Shown: positions 25,550-39,528 of the stretch, in pieces
Layout: each line of letters begins with the position of its first letter
Position numbering within the stretch: the stretch's first letter is position 1
DNA from: Botryllus schlosseri
Lineage: Eukaryota
Direction: 5' to 3'
DNA length: 64,000 nucleotides
NCBI GenBank assembly: GCA_051294905.1
Contig: CM119371.1
Location: 36,396,001-36,460,000, forward strand
The notes under the pieces: model-generated
Databases searched by the model: none
The model's input: only the letters and a program-made list of their open reading frames with translations
Told to the model about the DNA's origin: nothing
Translations under genes and position numbers: made by a program

Positions 25550-27489
25550 CAGGGGTTCTCAACCCGCGGCCCGCGGGCCGCATGCGGCCCACAGAGGTCT
25601 ATTTTGCGGCCCGCGGCCTCTTTCATTACGAACGCAATTACTACTATGGCCCAGCATTGTTGCATATTAATTTAGCTACTTAGCTCTCTTATCGCACCGT
25701 CGCTGTTTCGTTTGAATACCCATTCTTTGACGTGTTCTGGTTTCTTGATATGTTCTCGAGTTTAGATTGTTATTGTTCTGAATCAGTATTGGTATGAGCC
25801 TCTAAATTTTCACTAGTCTGCGTGCACTCCCCAACTCACCGCGCGCTCCCTTGGACAACAGTGCGTAACGACTGAAAGAAAAGTCATCACTTCGGCTTTT
25901 TTTGTGCGTGGCACAGATTTTCTGTGTGTGGTGACTTTGTAAGCAGTGTGCGGCAGCGCACGCGCGCAGCTTGAATTTGATGAATTTGCTTCCTCATATA
26001 TATATGGAAAACCTATATTTGTGTTATTTGTCGATGAACAGTTGTCGTAACGAAGCGTAGAAGCTTAAAACGATACCACTAAAGTTTATTCTAGGTTACA
26101 TGTCACCTGATCTTAGAAAAAACGTTACTAACTAGGCGTCCAGCCCAGTAATCCGTAGTTCGAGGAATTATTAAAATTGCCGACGACGTTACAGACCCTT
26201 TGGAATATCGCTACACCCAAGAAATCTGCTAGAGAAGGTGTGACTTCACTAATACCTTAACATACTGTGCGAATATTCGCTGTTTCCGGGACTTAACAGC
26301 CATGTTTCCTCCAAGCTGGGCACGTGTGCAAATGCGCAGTGCTGACACGATCTGTGCGCACAGAAAATCTAAGTCGCGCACAAAAATCAGAAATGATGAC
26401 CTTTTTTATAGTCTTTACGGACGGTTGTCCAAGGGTCTGCGCAGTAAGTTGGTGAGTGTGCGCGGACTCGTCAAAATTAGAGGGAACACTGCTTTGCAGC
26501 AAGGACAACATTACCCGACAAATTTAGAAGCTAAATTTGTTCGATTCAACCGTGACCAGAAGAGTAGCCCGTCGACATTTCATCGCATGTTCTGAAACAC
26601 GTTGCCGCGTATACTACTTTAGCCTAGCATTGGACGAATCCACCGACTTCACAGACATTGCATAGCTGATTTTCTTGGTGCATTTTATCAGAGTGGACAT
26701 ATTTGCAGAAAGAATGCTGGCATGGAAACGTGGGGAGGTGGCCAGCGAAAAACATCAACTTGACAAAGTTGACTTATGTTACTATTGGTGGAGGGCTCCA
26801 GCCATAGAAGGAAAGGACATGGGTTAATTGGTTTGCTCTGAAATGACCCCGAAACGCTTCTTCTCATTTCACTGAGAGCTCAATGTGATAATGGCCTCTG
26901 TTGTAACAAAAAACTGCCCGTGTTGTGACGCTCAAGGCCTAAACGGCGACAAGCGTCACAGTCAATATTCCCTCTAATTTTTGACGAGTATGCGCACTCT
27001 CGCCAACTCACTGCGCACACCCTTGGACAACAGTGCGTAACGACTAAAAAAAGGTGATCATTTCAGATTTTTTGTGCGCAACTTAGATTTTCTGTGCGCA
27101 GAGACCGCGTCAGCACTGCGCATTTGCGCAGGTGCGCAGCTTAGAGGGAACATCAGTAATACCGCGTGTAATAATAATAATAATAAGGTACACATACCGA
27201 CTTGGAAATGAATGCAATGCACGCTCCATGAAGTGATTTACTTGCGACGCCGGAAGATACATATTCTCACAAAAACAGCGATTGAAAACTTACAATCGCT
27301 GTCCAAGTGACCATTAATGCTTTGAAATGCATAAAAATGGATTATTCGCCCGTATACGACTAATAAATAGGCTCCAGCAGCCTTAATTTGATAGAAGCTC
27401 ACAAATGCATGGCAATAATGTTTTGCGGCCCGCAGCCTCTTCAGCGGGCAAAATGCGGCCCGTTGTACATGCGAAGTTGAGAACCCCTG
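25550..27489 (+). mobile_element. hAT (Charlie/Buster-like) element with transposase remnant and three nested ~190-bp MITEs
   Basis: TIR CAGGGGTTCTCAAC / GTTGAGAACCCCTG. 8-bp TSD GTTTAGAG. YFSLALDESTDFTDIA at ~26615. Related short elements at ~25800-25972, ~26300-26491 and ~26963-27153. Confidence 0.88.
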
Positions 27490-28380
27490 GTTTAGAGGAT
27501 CGATTACGAGAGTCGTCACGATTAACCTGCTTTCATTTTTCATGAATCGGAAATCGACTATCGCCTCAGCATCACAAGTAGGCCTACGTTAAAAGCAAGT
27601 ACTCGGTGATCAATTTTGCAGCCGCAAATTCGCAGTTTTTTTTATATCGATTCACACCACATATCAGACGCGAAATGCCTATATATTATGCTGGCTTGTC
27701 TCAAACGAATCAGAGGGAATCATTCAGTTGCTATCACGCCGCCAGATTTCAAGGTTAGATAGTCAATCGTCGAACACCGGATTTTATACACTTCATTCCC
27801 ACGACTTTTGGGTGACAGTCGTCACTCTATGCTGTACTTTTGTAATTGCATACAAAAGTAGTTTCAAAATGCAGACTTTATCGAGGAGCCGCATATTTTA
27901 ATAATCGATCAAGGATAACGACTTTCGTAACTGCACGGTGTATCTTCGCACCTAACGCTAAATGACTAGTTATTGAACGACGTGGCAAAATGCTAGACTG
28001 AATTGTCGCCAGGTATCGTATGCAGTACATTAATATAAGACTTCACTGAAATCTACGGTTGGAATTAGCTATACGACTGCACGTGATGTATTACGTTCGC
28101 GATCACACAGAACCTTTCTAAAAGGTTCGCGTTCACACGAACCTGACCTTTCAGAAGTTCACACACACCATACCTACTATATACTGCTGTCGTATGTTTC
28201 AATTACACGCATATATCTGACTGTTTTCATCGATTTATTGTACAAGGAAAATTGATCGATGTTGCAAATATGAAAACAATATACAGCGTAGGAAAATAGA
28301 CTTTGGGCGCTCTAATCGTATGAAAGTATTATTTTCATAATCATATATATATGAGCCTAGTCTGCTCCGAACAAAGGTGA

Positions 28381-28488
28381 TTACCAGCTTCCTTGCACGT
28401 ATCCTTGGTGATTCATTTCTCTTGCCAGCTGGCACATGGCGCAGGGAATGCAACAGGTCATGACACAGCAGTCATCGCATATAGAGCC
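28381..28488 (-). CDS. PLAC8/cornifelin-family protein, coding exon 3 (last)
   Basis: GSICDDCCVMTCCIPCAMCQLAREMNHQGYVQGSW*. CAG acceptor, phase 0. AATAAA about 140 nt downstream. Confidence 0.92.
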   Translation of the reverse strand, partial: GSICDDCCVMTCCIPCAMCQLAREMNHQGYVQGSW

Positions 28489-29276
28489 CTGGATAGATAA
28501 CAACACTTGTTTTCGGTACAAAACATTCTGAAACCTCGGCGGATAAATAACGTGTCGAACACAGATTGGTTACACGGTAAGGAAATGCCTAACTAGCGAG
28601 AAACGACTTATTGCAACTGTGGCCTACTCAGCAGAGTTGGACAACCAGAAAATAAAATTTTCAAAATTAGATCAAAAATATACTGATAGCTAGACGGATT
28701 TATACGAGTTACCTTAGGACAGAGCAGATCAGTAGCAAAGTACTTTTGCTTGTCAAGTAGATTGCCTTGTAGATTTTGCCTACTCGAACTACTTCGAGCT
28801 ACTGCTACTACTCGATGGTGTTCAGTTTTTCAGGCAAAACCAGGCCCAGAAGTTATTCGTTACTTTCTTTCAAATCGCTGCCTCTACTTCTTGAGTAGAA
28901 ATTGACAAAGAAACTTCTACTTCAGCTTGAGTAACGACAACTACCTCTGTATAAGAAAAAGAATTTCATAGAAACTTGGAAACTAATTTAATTTACAAAT
29001 TAGAAACACAACAACAATCGAATCCATTCTCATAAGCACAATAATGTCTGGTTTCTCCTATACAGTTCTCCTGTATCATTTTCAGGAAAACCAGAAATTA
29101 TATTACAATTGAAATTAGAGCATGGAAACACGAATTAAATAATAATTAGATTACCTACATTTCGTTATAATGAGTCCAGACAACTATTTTGTTATCCAGC
29201 CTATAGTTCATGCCGTTAGTTTTGCCCTCCGTGAGTAGAAAAATATTTTGACCACCTCTGGCGATTTGCAACGCAC

Positions 29277-29455
29277 CTCAATTCCATGTTTGGCTCTGAA
29301 GTGCGATCTCATGGCAAGGTGGCCGCCGGGTACGCAGCCCGCGCCGTACCCACTCCACCCCCCGCCGTACCCACTGCACCCGACGCAGCAATTCTCGCCC
29401 ATTCGGTCGGCCATGCATCCGTAGTAAAAGTTTCCGACCCAAAACACGCAGCAAC
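29277..29455 (-). CDS. PLAC8/cornifelin-family protein, coding exon 2
   Basis: CCCVFWVGNFYYGCMADRMGENCCVGC...GGHLAMRSHFRAKHGIE. TTTTAG acceptor and GTGCGT donor; phases match both neighbouring exons. Confidence 0.92.
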
Positions 29456-29539
29456 CTAAAATTACCACTGGCTTCAGATTACACGAATGCTTACGTTCCG
29501 TTCGCATTCGGTATGACATGCGTTTCTATATAAAGCAGA

Positions 29540-30228
29540 TTGAAATGAACACGCATATTTTCGACTGCCACTCGGCAGGGGTAATCGTCAGCAATCAGTA
29601 GAGAATTGTGAAGAACATTGTTTATCAACAATCGTATCACCAAATATGACGTCACTGGCATGGAATTAAGAATAATCAGAGTGAAGAGATCTACTGCTGT
29701 TGGGAAAGACTTGATTGGCGTCCTGTTTGCGCGACAAATTATCGGGACGACAGATTTCGCGTTGTCGAAAGAGACCGTTCACACTTTCGTTTGGGTGTCT
29801 TGGAGTCGACTCTAATCAATACACGCCAACCAATCCGTTTAGAGTCAAGTGTACCTGTTTGATGCTGGTGTGATCAGACTAGATGACCTTCACGGTCATA
29901 TCGATCATTCCTATCTAATACCGAAGACTGTGCATGCATATTTTCTGTACCACCACCACTGCCGTGTGTTATGTATTTTGGTTTGATGAAAATAAAGACT
30001 CTCTCTCTCTCTCTATCTCTCTCTCATCTAAAAATAGTACGTTGAGCCTAAACGCTGTCATTATTCAAAATTTCATGTCGGTGACGCTATATTTTGTGAT
30101 ACGATTGTTGGAAGACAATGTTCTTTCCAATTCTTCAATAATTGCTGACGGATTACCCCAAGAATATTTGGGTTTATTTCAATATCAATATACTATCCAA
30201 ATATATATTGAAGTTCTGTACCTCCAAG
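29540..30228. mobile_element. Long-TIR MITE (relatives at ~47965-48560 and ~62715-63093)
   Basis: Inverted arms ...TTGTTTATCAACAATCGTATCACCAAATATGACGTCAC / GTGACGCTATATTTTGTGATACGATTGTTG... The same arms recur in an RPL18 intron. Confidence 0.65.
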
Positions 30229-30614
30229 AAGACATATAAAGCAGATTTGGTCAGAAACAGTTTCAGGTTTTCGAAATTAGATTAAATTTGAATTAGACCT
30301 ACGCATTTTTTTTTCAAAATTACATTAGGATTGCAGCCACCAAATTCGCAAAAACTTTAAAATTATTTTAAATTCCGAGTTAATAAGTATTACAAAACAC
30401 CATCGAGTTTAGTTCATCAAATCGGAGCTAGTCTATTCTCATAAGCAGGAGAATGACAGATGTATTTGCTGCGCGCGTGACTCGTTTCGCACTACACAGA
30501 GGCCCTGTAGCATTTTCTTGAAAACCAGAAATTTGACTAGAACTCAAATTAAAGGGTAGAAACATCTCTCAACTGAAAGACAATTTGAATACTGACATTT
30601 TGCTTCGTTTAGTG

Positions 30615-32258
30615 TAGTGGTTCCCAACGTGGGCGATATCGCCTCCCAGGGGGCGATTTGGCGGTCTAGATGGGCGAAAATAACGAAGGGGGCGAAAACG
30701 GACGAAGGGGGCGATAGGGGGCAAAAACAACGAAGGGGGCGATAGGGGGCGATGGCGCGTTAAAACGGCTATATTGGAGTCGGGACCGTAACTACCGCAC
30801 CCCAAACCCCCCAATTGAGAGTGAGGGGCCCGAAACTCTTGACATTCTTGAGCCAGACTTCTCCCAGTTGAATTGGTGTCGCGTTCTCCGGCAGAGCTGG
30901 TATGGCCAGAACCTCAGTCTTCTTGGCATTGATCTGAAGGCCAATAAGAGCGGCGGCGGCCTCTAGTTGGTTGATGAGGCGCTGTGCCGACGCGGTATTC
31001 GGGGCAAGCAAAGCGAGGTCGTCTGCGTAAGCAAGATTACCTACGTGGATAGCCTCGCGAGTCGTACGCGTACGCGTTCCTTGCCGTGGCCGCCATTCAA
31101 AGAAGTCCGAGTTGTCCGGGAAGGCCGTTCGTAGCACGAAGTCAAGGATTATCACGAACAAGAATGGTACCAAGGTGTCACCTTGAAGCACGCCAGCCGA
31201 AGTGGTAAAATCTCCGCTTGGACCGTCGTCTGTTCGAACTCGCGCGTCAATGTACAGGGCCATAATGGCGTACCTTATCACCTCAGGAATTCCATAGAAT
31301 CCGAGGATCTTCGCCATGGCTCGGCGCGAGACCGAGTCGAAGGCTTTCGCAAAGTCAACAAAGACAGCCACAACATTCTTTTTGTGTGAGTGGCAGGTGT
31401 CAATGATTGTGCGCAGTGCCGGGATATGATCTGTTGTACCGCGGGATGGTCAAAATCCATCATTCTGGACATTCAGGAGCTTGGTAGATACTTGCTCACG
31501 TATGCGAAGGAGCAGTACTCGGTCGAACAGCTTGGCCGCGGTCTGCATGAGGGAGATGCCTCTGTAATTCGCGGGGTCACTCGCAGCGCCTTTCTTGAAT
31601 ATAGGCACGATTTCGCTCTCAAGCCACTCGGACGGCACCGTGCCGCCTTCGAGGACACCGTTCATGACGTCGAGGAGAAAAGGTGCAACGCCCGAGGTGT
31701 ACGCAGCCGTTGGGATGCCGTCCGTGCCGGTGGCCTTGAATTGTGGTACATCACTCATGGTTATCCTGAGCTCAGCTAGCGTGATCAGGTTTGTATTGAT
31801 CGCTAGAGGAATTGCTGCTAATGAAGGCGGTGCAACGAGCACGTCGATGTCCGGTGCAGGTGTAGATAAGAGGGTCTCAAAGTGTGATGCGAGCCAGCCA
31901 TAGCAGATATAGGAGTTCACGAAATAACATTATCTAAAGAAGTCAATATAACAAAGATTCTGCCCGAAGATGTTTAATTATTATTTAGGGGTCCTACCTT
32001 TTCCAACATACCACATCGACCATATTGACCGATTCAAGCATGAATTATATAAATTTGTCGCACTTCGCGCGTTAAAGCGAAATACGGTGACTCACCAAAC
32101 AGTTCACGAAACAGGGTATAGCTGATATGTAGCGACAAAAAGCCCACAGGCTGAGGGGGGTCTGGGGTTTGGTTTTTCCGTTCACAATATTTGGGGGGCG
32201 ATGATCGGTGTGGAGCTTCAAAAGGGGGCGATGAGTCGAAAAGGGTTGGGAACCACTG
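30615..32258. mobile_element. hAT MITE with nested element and LINE fragment (in PLAC8 intron)
   Basis: TIR TAGTGGTTCCCAAC / GTTGGGAACCACTG. TSD GTTTAGTG/GTTTAGTC. GGGGGCGA subterminal repeats. An inverted partial relative is at 14245-14388. Confidence 0.85.
30835..31900 (-). mobile_element. RTE-clade LINE reverse transcriptase fragment (frameshifted)
   Basis: KATGTDGIP, VPSEW...IVPIFKKG...NYRGISL, FVDFAKAFDSV, GVLQGDTL.PFLF, LAYADDLALL, GLQINAKKTE. GC-richer than its flanks. Confidence 0.92.
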
Positions 32259-32404
32259 GTTTAGTCTGTAATTGGACTACTAACAATCCAACTTCAAGGT
32301 ATTATTTAAAGAGGTATACTGTGCTGCAAATATGACGTGTTCAATCCATGGACAACCTGCGTCAAATCGCAAACCTTGTATTCCGATATCAGGGATGCAT
32401 ATTG

Positions 32405-32978
32405 CAGGGATGTAATGACTCGAGTCACGATTTTATGATGACTCGACATGACTCGAGTCATTTTCTCAAAATGCGGAAATGACTCGACTCGACTCGAGTC
32501 AATCTGTGTATTGATTGACTTGGACTCGAGTCATTGCGCATGACTCCAACCAAGTCATATGACTCGAGACTCATACGGCCAAGACCGACATTTCATTGCC
32601 ATTTCGAAGAATAGTAAAGTAACCACACTATATGGATTTCGTCTATTGGTACTAGTACTTGAAAATGCGACCAGTCACTGCTAAAAGGAGGAAGATTAGT
32701 ATATTATAAATGTGAACTGTTCGATATCACCAAATAGAGTTATAAAAAGTCGATTTAGCAAGACTTTATCTGGAAACTGGTCACTTGGTCAGTCAACACA
32801 ATGACTTGGACTCGACTCGAGTCATAATGCCATGTCTCGGACTCGAGCCTCTGCTCGCTGACTTGGACTCGGACTTGACTCGGTGGTGAATTGAAAATGA
32901 CTCGATTTGACTCGAGTCAAAACTATGAAAGTGAGATTGACTTGTGACTCGGAGCCTTGTGACTTGGTTACAACCCTG
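32405..32978. mobile_element. hAT MITE with GACTCGAGTC subterminal repeats
   Basis: CAGGGATGTAA / TTACAACCCTG. 8-bp TSD GCATATTG. A relative is at 60150-60466. Confidence 0.88.
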
Positions 32979-33033
32979 GCATATTGCATAGAGCTCCTAT
33001 AACCTCCAAATATCCGCTGCTAGAGACACCTAC

Positions 33034-33208
33034 AAATTTTCATATCCGCGAAGCAGTCACACAGCTGCGTGCTCCAAAATTGCTTCGAAACTTTGGGCTG
33101 ATTTATAATCACAGTCGTGTTAACTGGCTGGGATAGAGCCGGCTGCGCTGTCACATCCCCGTATTGCTGCGTGCCGTACGGACTGGGGTACGAAGGTGAG
33201 GATTCCAT
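33034..33208 (-). CDS. PLAC8/cornifelin-family protein, coding exon 1
   Basis: MESSPSYPSPYG...VIINQP...WSTQLCDCFADMKI, then phase-1 GTAGGT donor. Spliced CDS is 175+179+108 = 462 nt (153 aa) with no stops. Possible 5'-UTR intron 33227-33536. Confidence 0.92.
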
Positions 33209-36200
33209 CGGGTATACTTTCAAATCCTGAAAATAGAATGGCGTTCGCTGTGGAGTCAAGTAAAGCCACGATCTGCATATTTAGAGTTGGTGTTGTGTAT
33301 GGTAAGTTTATTCGACTCCGCTCAAATCGGACAGTTTGTTTCCGCCCACTTCTGGTCGGATTACGCAGAGAACCGGCTGTGTCCGTGTTAAGCGGAAAAT
33401 CTATTGTTCGCTTCATGTTAGTGCGTAAAGGCACAGAACGATTTTAAAATACGGTACTGTTGCGGGGTAATTTAATTGATGCTGTGATATACTGCAGTGT
33501 TTGGCTCATATCGCTTAAAACGCACATTACTTATACCTTCAGGTTAGTTGTATTGTGCAATATTTTCGATACCAAACCATTCAACTGCAATACTGTGTAA
33601 CACGCAAACAGGGTTCGAATAAGACTTTTTGATATCTCTATCAACGCAACTAACTGTTGAACTGTTATAGCAGCGTCTTTACTTTTTTCGTTCACGTCAG
33701 TGAGCAATTTCACTTTTTCTGCTTAACGTTTTTGTACCAATCTGTTCTACAACACGGAAGCTTCGATTAGAAAAATATGAAGCTGTCATGGCCTTGTATG
33801 AGGTCATTGTTGGCATAGCTACTGTATTGATCGTCATTGCCTCACTTCATCCGTCATCTTGTGTTACAACGAACGACGTACAGCTTATTGTGCCATAACC
33901 TAATGATAGGAAGAGCCAGCGAGTATCCGAATAAAGCGGGAAATTGTTCGAATTAACCGGAGTTTTATACGTGTTTTGGGGAGCTGGCGCCATCGGCGCT
34001 GCATAAATCAACTCGATTCTGGGCAGTTGCACGTTCTGAGGTGCAAGGAAATACGAAGGAATAGAAGGAAATGAAAATGATCCGGGAAAAGCGAATGAAA
34101 AACAGCTGAAAACATCAAGATCGAACACTGCCACATCTGACGAGGTGAGTGAAGAATTAAACAGGCCATATACCTGGTCGTTTCAGCATCGTTATTTCTG
34201 TTTAGTACTCATACATTGCATTGCGTCTTGGGCTGATAAAAATAGAATTAGCCAAACGGGAATACTACCATACTTACAGTCATATTTTGCGAAACCAAAC
34301 AGAGAATGTAGGCGAAGAGAGTTGTCCGTCGTAAGGTCGTATGCGTATTATAGATGTCTGTAAACATATGTTTTGTATAGTAAAGACATTTGACTTTTGC
34401 AATATTAGCAATTGTGGCACACAAAATCGGTGCTGTTGTAAAATATCGGAAACCCAAGCTCTGTAGCGATCCGCCTCCGTGAGCTTCGGGTTTTAATATA
34501 TTTACATTATGAATATATTATTTAAACCATCTTGAGCTCGTTAAAGCAGAAAAATACTGGGGACCTGATAAATTTATACAATAGGGTTACATTTAAAACA
34601 AAAATCAATTTGAAACAAACATGTTTAAACCAAAGACCTTGTTTGAAACATATATTTTATTGTGTTTTTTTAAGCCTTGATGTCCCGAATATTTAATTGT
34701 GACGTCATAAGGGATTGAAATTGACAATTGAAAATATAAGGTAAATTTAGCTCATTTGCAGAGGTGGTCAAAGTAGTTAAGAAGAGTATTGAAATCCGCT
34801 TTCCACTCTGCTCAATATCAATGTCCCTATAGGTCGGACGCCGAATACATTGGCTGGCCTGGCACTGGTCTGGACCGCTAAGGCGTAAGCTTGCAGTCCC
34901 CTGCAAGTCATCGTCGAAATTGTTGGCAAAGTCACTAAAGATATTGATTTCATAGGATAATTATATCCCTTGATGGACCCAGTTGATACATTTGGAGACT
35001 TTTCGAAAGTCACCATGTACATCAGCATTCAGGCATAATGTGACCTGAATCGTCGCCAGGCATCGTAGACAGTACATTAATATATCACTTCACTGAAATG
35101 TAGGATTGGAACCAATACTGGTACCAATAAAAATACCGTTGTATTATATTAGCATAATCACCGTCTGGAAACCACTCGCCTTGACGCTAAAGGCAGAGTT
35201 ACGCTGAGATTTTCATGAACTGGAATAAGAATGACACATTACTTTGCTTCCCACAACATCCCACAACAGAACAGCTTTATTTCCGATTCACGCCAAACGA
35301 CGACATTAAATTACTTTTAAATTTCCGAACTAGAACTATAGAACTGGTCATCTTTCAAAATCCGCCACCAGAACTACTAGAAAAACCGTTAGTTATTTGA
35401 CCGTGAGCAAACTAGATTTGGAGTCACTACAAGTCTTCCACTAAGCTCAATACTCTGTTTCCAGTCCTGTTTCGAGAAAGGCTCCTCCTAAATGCTGAAC
35501 ACTGAGCAGCGGTTACAAATAACACCGTGTGAAATGATATCGGAAATAAAGGCTTGCAGGGTCGTCAGAAGAATCTCAGATCACAAAATCGCCCTCCCAT
35601 TCAATTCGATGTCGAGTTTCGACAAGGCACGAAATCGAACGCCATACTTCATTGATTAACTTCCCAGTTTCCACTTGGTAACAACTCGCTCAACCACAGT
35701 TGGTGTAGGATTTCTCCTCCTCTTTATATGCGAAATAATGTCATCGCTTTCATGCTATATAGGCGCAACCTGATTGTCATGACTCATCACATTGTTTAGT
35801 ATAGGAAGACCAAGGCATCGAAATTTTAATTCTGTGAATCAATTTTTAGGAGATAGGCCTACTTCGCCATGTCGTATATTGTATCAAATCGGCTTGGACT
35901 AACGTTTAAGATGAAGGTACTTCTATCATAAGTTGGTCCGCGAGATACGTGTCCCCGCACGTATTTTAGTATCAAACGTACTCATATGTTGGGGATTTAT
36001 TATCATGGCATCACATCCCCATGTTACGATTCAGGTCCTGCAGCTATATCACGCATGGATTTGTTTGATATAAATTTGAATGTCATCTGTTATCAGTAGA
36101 TGTTTGAATATTGAATACCATTACTTTGACAATTTATGCTAAATAAGTACCACCTAGCTTAAACACCGTATATCTTCTCTAATCTTTTCTAAAACATTCT

Positions 36201-39200
36201 AATCGTCATTGCATGCGATCTGAGACTCCTTTTTTGAGGTTTGATTTACATCCGCCGCGTCGACGCGTACTTGCAGAAGCTTGGTTTAGGCCATTGTATT
36301 CAAGAATTCCAATGCCACATTTTGAAATAGGCCGAATTAAAATCCGGTCGAATCTACAAATTATTAACGTAATATCTTCCATTTAGTTAGAGTAATTGCC
36401 AGCGTATATTTTAACGATACGTTATAGACCAGTTAGTTAATCCTACTCGCAATACAAGCTACGGAAACCCAGTGTGTCTGGACTTTACCGGTCAGTTGGA
36501 TATCGGTCGTTACTCGCAACTGATATTCCAGTCCAGTTCTAACGAGAACTGATCCTACGCGACACATGCGGCAGTGGCACATGTGTATCAGGGTTATATG
36601 TGCACTCTTATTGTCTGACCTTTAAGAAACACAATATTCCAATGCTGACGCATATGATCCAATTCCAATCGTGCTTGTGATGTTGCAACGATTCAATGTT
36701 TCTGTATTATTCGCGAAGACTATAACTGAGTGTGCAATTGTTACTGCACCTAAGACGTTGCCATTTAGGAGAATGTCACGCTTTAGGATCCTTTTTGAGC
36801 TACCAATAGACATTTGTCATTCACGCGAGTTGTAAATCGGGATTCCTATGTTCATCAGCAATTTATGATATCAGCATCATGCCAATGCCAGTATCACGGC
36901 AATACACAAATCTACCGAAAGTAGCCCTACGATGAAAACGCCGTTTCTCATCATCGAGACTGAGATATCTTCGCTCTCTTGCCAGGAAATCTTTTCTCAA
37001 TTCGCAAGGATGCTAAAAGTTGCGAATATTTCTCTTCCAAGTCCCAAAGCCTATGTCAGATATATAAAAAAATATCCAACGGGCACACAAAACGAAAAAA
37101 GAAAAGCACCTGTGTATGGTAGGCATTTATAGGGGTTACTTCTTGGCGACTGAGGCATTTTGCACTGTGCAAGTGTGTAATTGTTCAATGTTCATTGATG
37201 AAACTATATCCCAATTGTCCAACCTGACACAGTCTATCAGTGAGTTCACCATATGCTGACATTTTCATTAACGTAAGTTGAAAGTAAATGGAATTATTTA
37301 TATGCAACTTGCATTGACCTAAATCAGGGGTGGGCAAACTAGGGTCCGACAACAGTTTGTGCGACCCGCGAAGGCATCGAGAAGCATAATGAATATATTG
37401 ATAAAATGCGCGTTAAAAATTTCATTTACTAGAGCGACTTGACATTTTCTTAATATATTTTATCATGATATTGAGTTATGGTATTAAATTATAATCTTAA
37501 CATATCGTCTTCTGATTTTATTGCTAGCCCAATAGACCGACCTCGTGGCGTACGCATTTTGAAACGCTTCGGTTGTTAAACATCAAAGTGTATCAAAACG
37601 GAAATGGCTTGGATCGGATCAAAATTGTGATTTCCGATTGGAATAAATTATGTCGATTTCGTCCATGCTGGTTGTTCAGCTATCAGCATTGTGTGTTGTG
37701 AAGCTTGACCAGAAGCAGAATCAACATATCTATAAGTCGATCGTTGCTCACGTATTTAATTTCCATCCTATCCTGAGAATCGACACAACCTACTTTCGAC
37801 CCTAATTTTTACCAATTGATTGAGGATGGCCAGCTAATAAAATCTTGATAATGTTTCTCACACATTTTCGTTATCATCAAATCAACAATATATAAATATA
37901 TTTACAGGCGTCGACGGGGGAGGCAATTGGACCATATTCGAAAACTTTCGTAAATTGACATAAAGTAGAGTAACTTGGGCTGTTAATAGTTTCATTATTG
38001 TAATACTGGTAACCCCTCCCGAGAAATGAAAAAAAATCGGCCTAAATTACAATAAGCATGATGTAGCGGATTTAATATAACTATATTCATGCGTGCGGCC
38101 TGCAGTTGTGACCATTAGACACCAGGAGTTCGGCGCCAAGAAGACACACTGAGCCAGATAGTTTTATCTTAGCCAAAACGAAGTTCGATAGAAAGATTGA
38201 CGATCATAGAGCCTTGACCGAAGATCACATTGGCATGTTTGGCAAAACCTTCGACAGATATGTCCATGTCTATTGTCCAGTCCCCCAAATAACTCACCGG
38301 AATAAATACGTGTCCTAAATATTTAAATACGCCGGTTCATCAGCTCTGCACCGGTAACTGTGACAATGATAACGTATATCCGCAATATGCAGGTAACGCT
38401 ATTATTAATCAAATTCACTATTAACCTACTGGGCTTTTGCCATAAGTATCATGGCGTAGCATTATTTCTGTGGGTGAAATGAAAGAACAATTGCACATGA
38501 ATCCCCTCCTTAAGTTTTGTTAATCTCCCAATAGGTGCCATACCATCGTTTTTTACCATGTATTACTCAATCTTTTAGAGGAGCGTTCTGTTATCTCAGA
38601 ATAAAATTTGCGCGCCCCAATTTTTTCAGGCTATGCAACTGTAGGTATTATCTCCATGTCTTCGGTTACTTCATATAATCCAATAAAAGCTTGCGTTTCG
38701 GCTTATAATTACGACTTTACTATGGTGCGACCCGCTAGCTGAAAAGCTTGTCCCCCACTGACCTGAACGCAGCATGGGTCGCGCATGTCGGCTACATGAG
38801 GTAACAAAATGCAAGAGCGGTGACAACAGGAGAAAGCCTAGGCATTGAGCCACATCCCTTATTGCTAGATATCATTTAGTACCCGGATTGATCAATCCGC
38901 AGTATGCCGAAAATCCAATTTCAGTACTCGACATTTTGGCCTCGACCTTAAGATCTTCATTCGCATTACATAGATTGGTAGACCGCAGCCTTCCGAAGGG
39001 TTCACTGACCTCAATTTAGGAATTTAGCGTTACCCACTTGTTTTGACGCTTCATGCAGACTCGTTTCAATGCTTGTTGACATTTCTATCTAAAACTTTAA
39101 AAATAATTTATACTTTCAAAAAACCATATTTCTGCCGTTTTAAAATTTGTAGTTTTGGCATTTTTCCCGAAATGCCAAAAATAACACGGCGTGGTCATTG

Positions 39201-39528
39201 AGAACATCTTTCAAGTCCAAATTTATCAAAGTCGTGGAATCATCTATTATGCGCAAATATTTTTATAAAAATTCAGGAAACCGCGATCGCAGCCTTTCGA
39301 ATGATAGTTTAGTACATGAAAACACTTTTACAAGCACTTTCGGTCATCCTCGCCGTGACCTTCCTTCCCTTCAAAGCCTCCAAACATCAGAGGGAAATTC
39401 TCCTTATAATTGGGGAATGCCCGCCCTGTTTACATTGACTTTATTGTAAAGCGGTGCTCTGCAATGATGACTACGTCGCCTCTATGTAGCCTTTAGTGGA
39501 GTTTGCAGTTGAGAACGACTTTCTAGAC

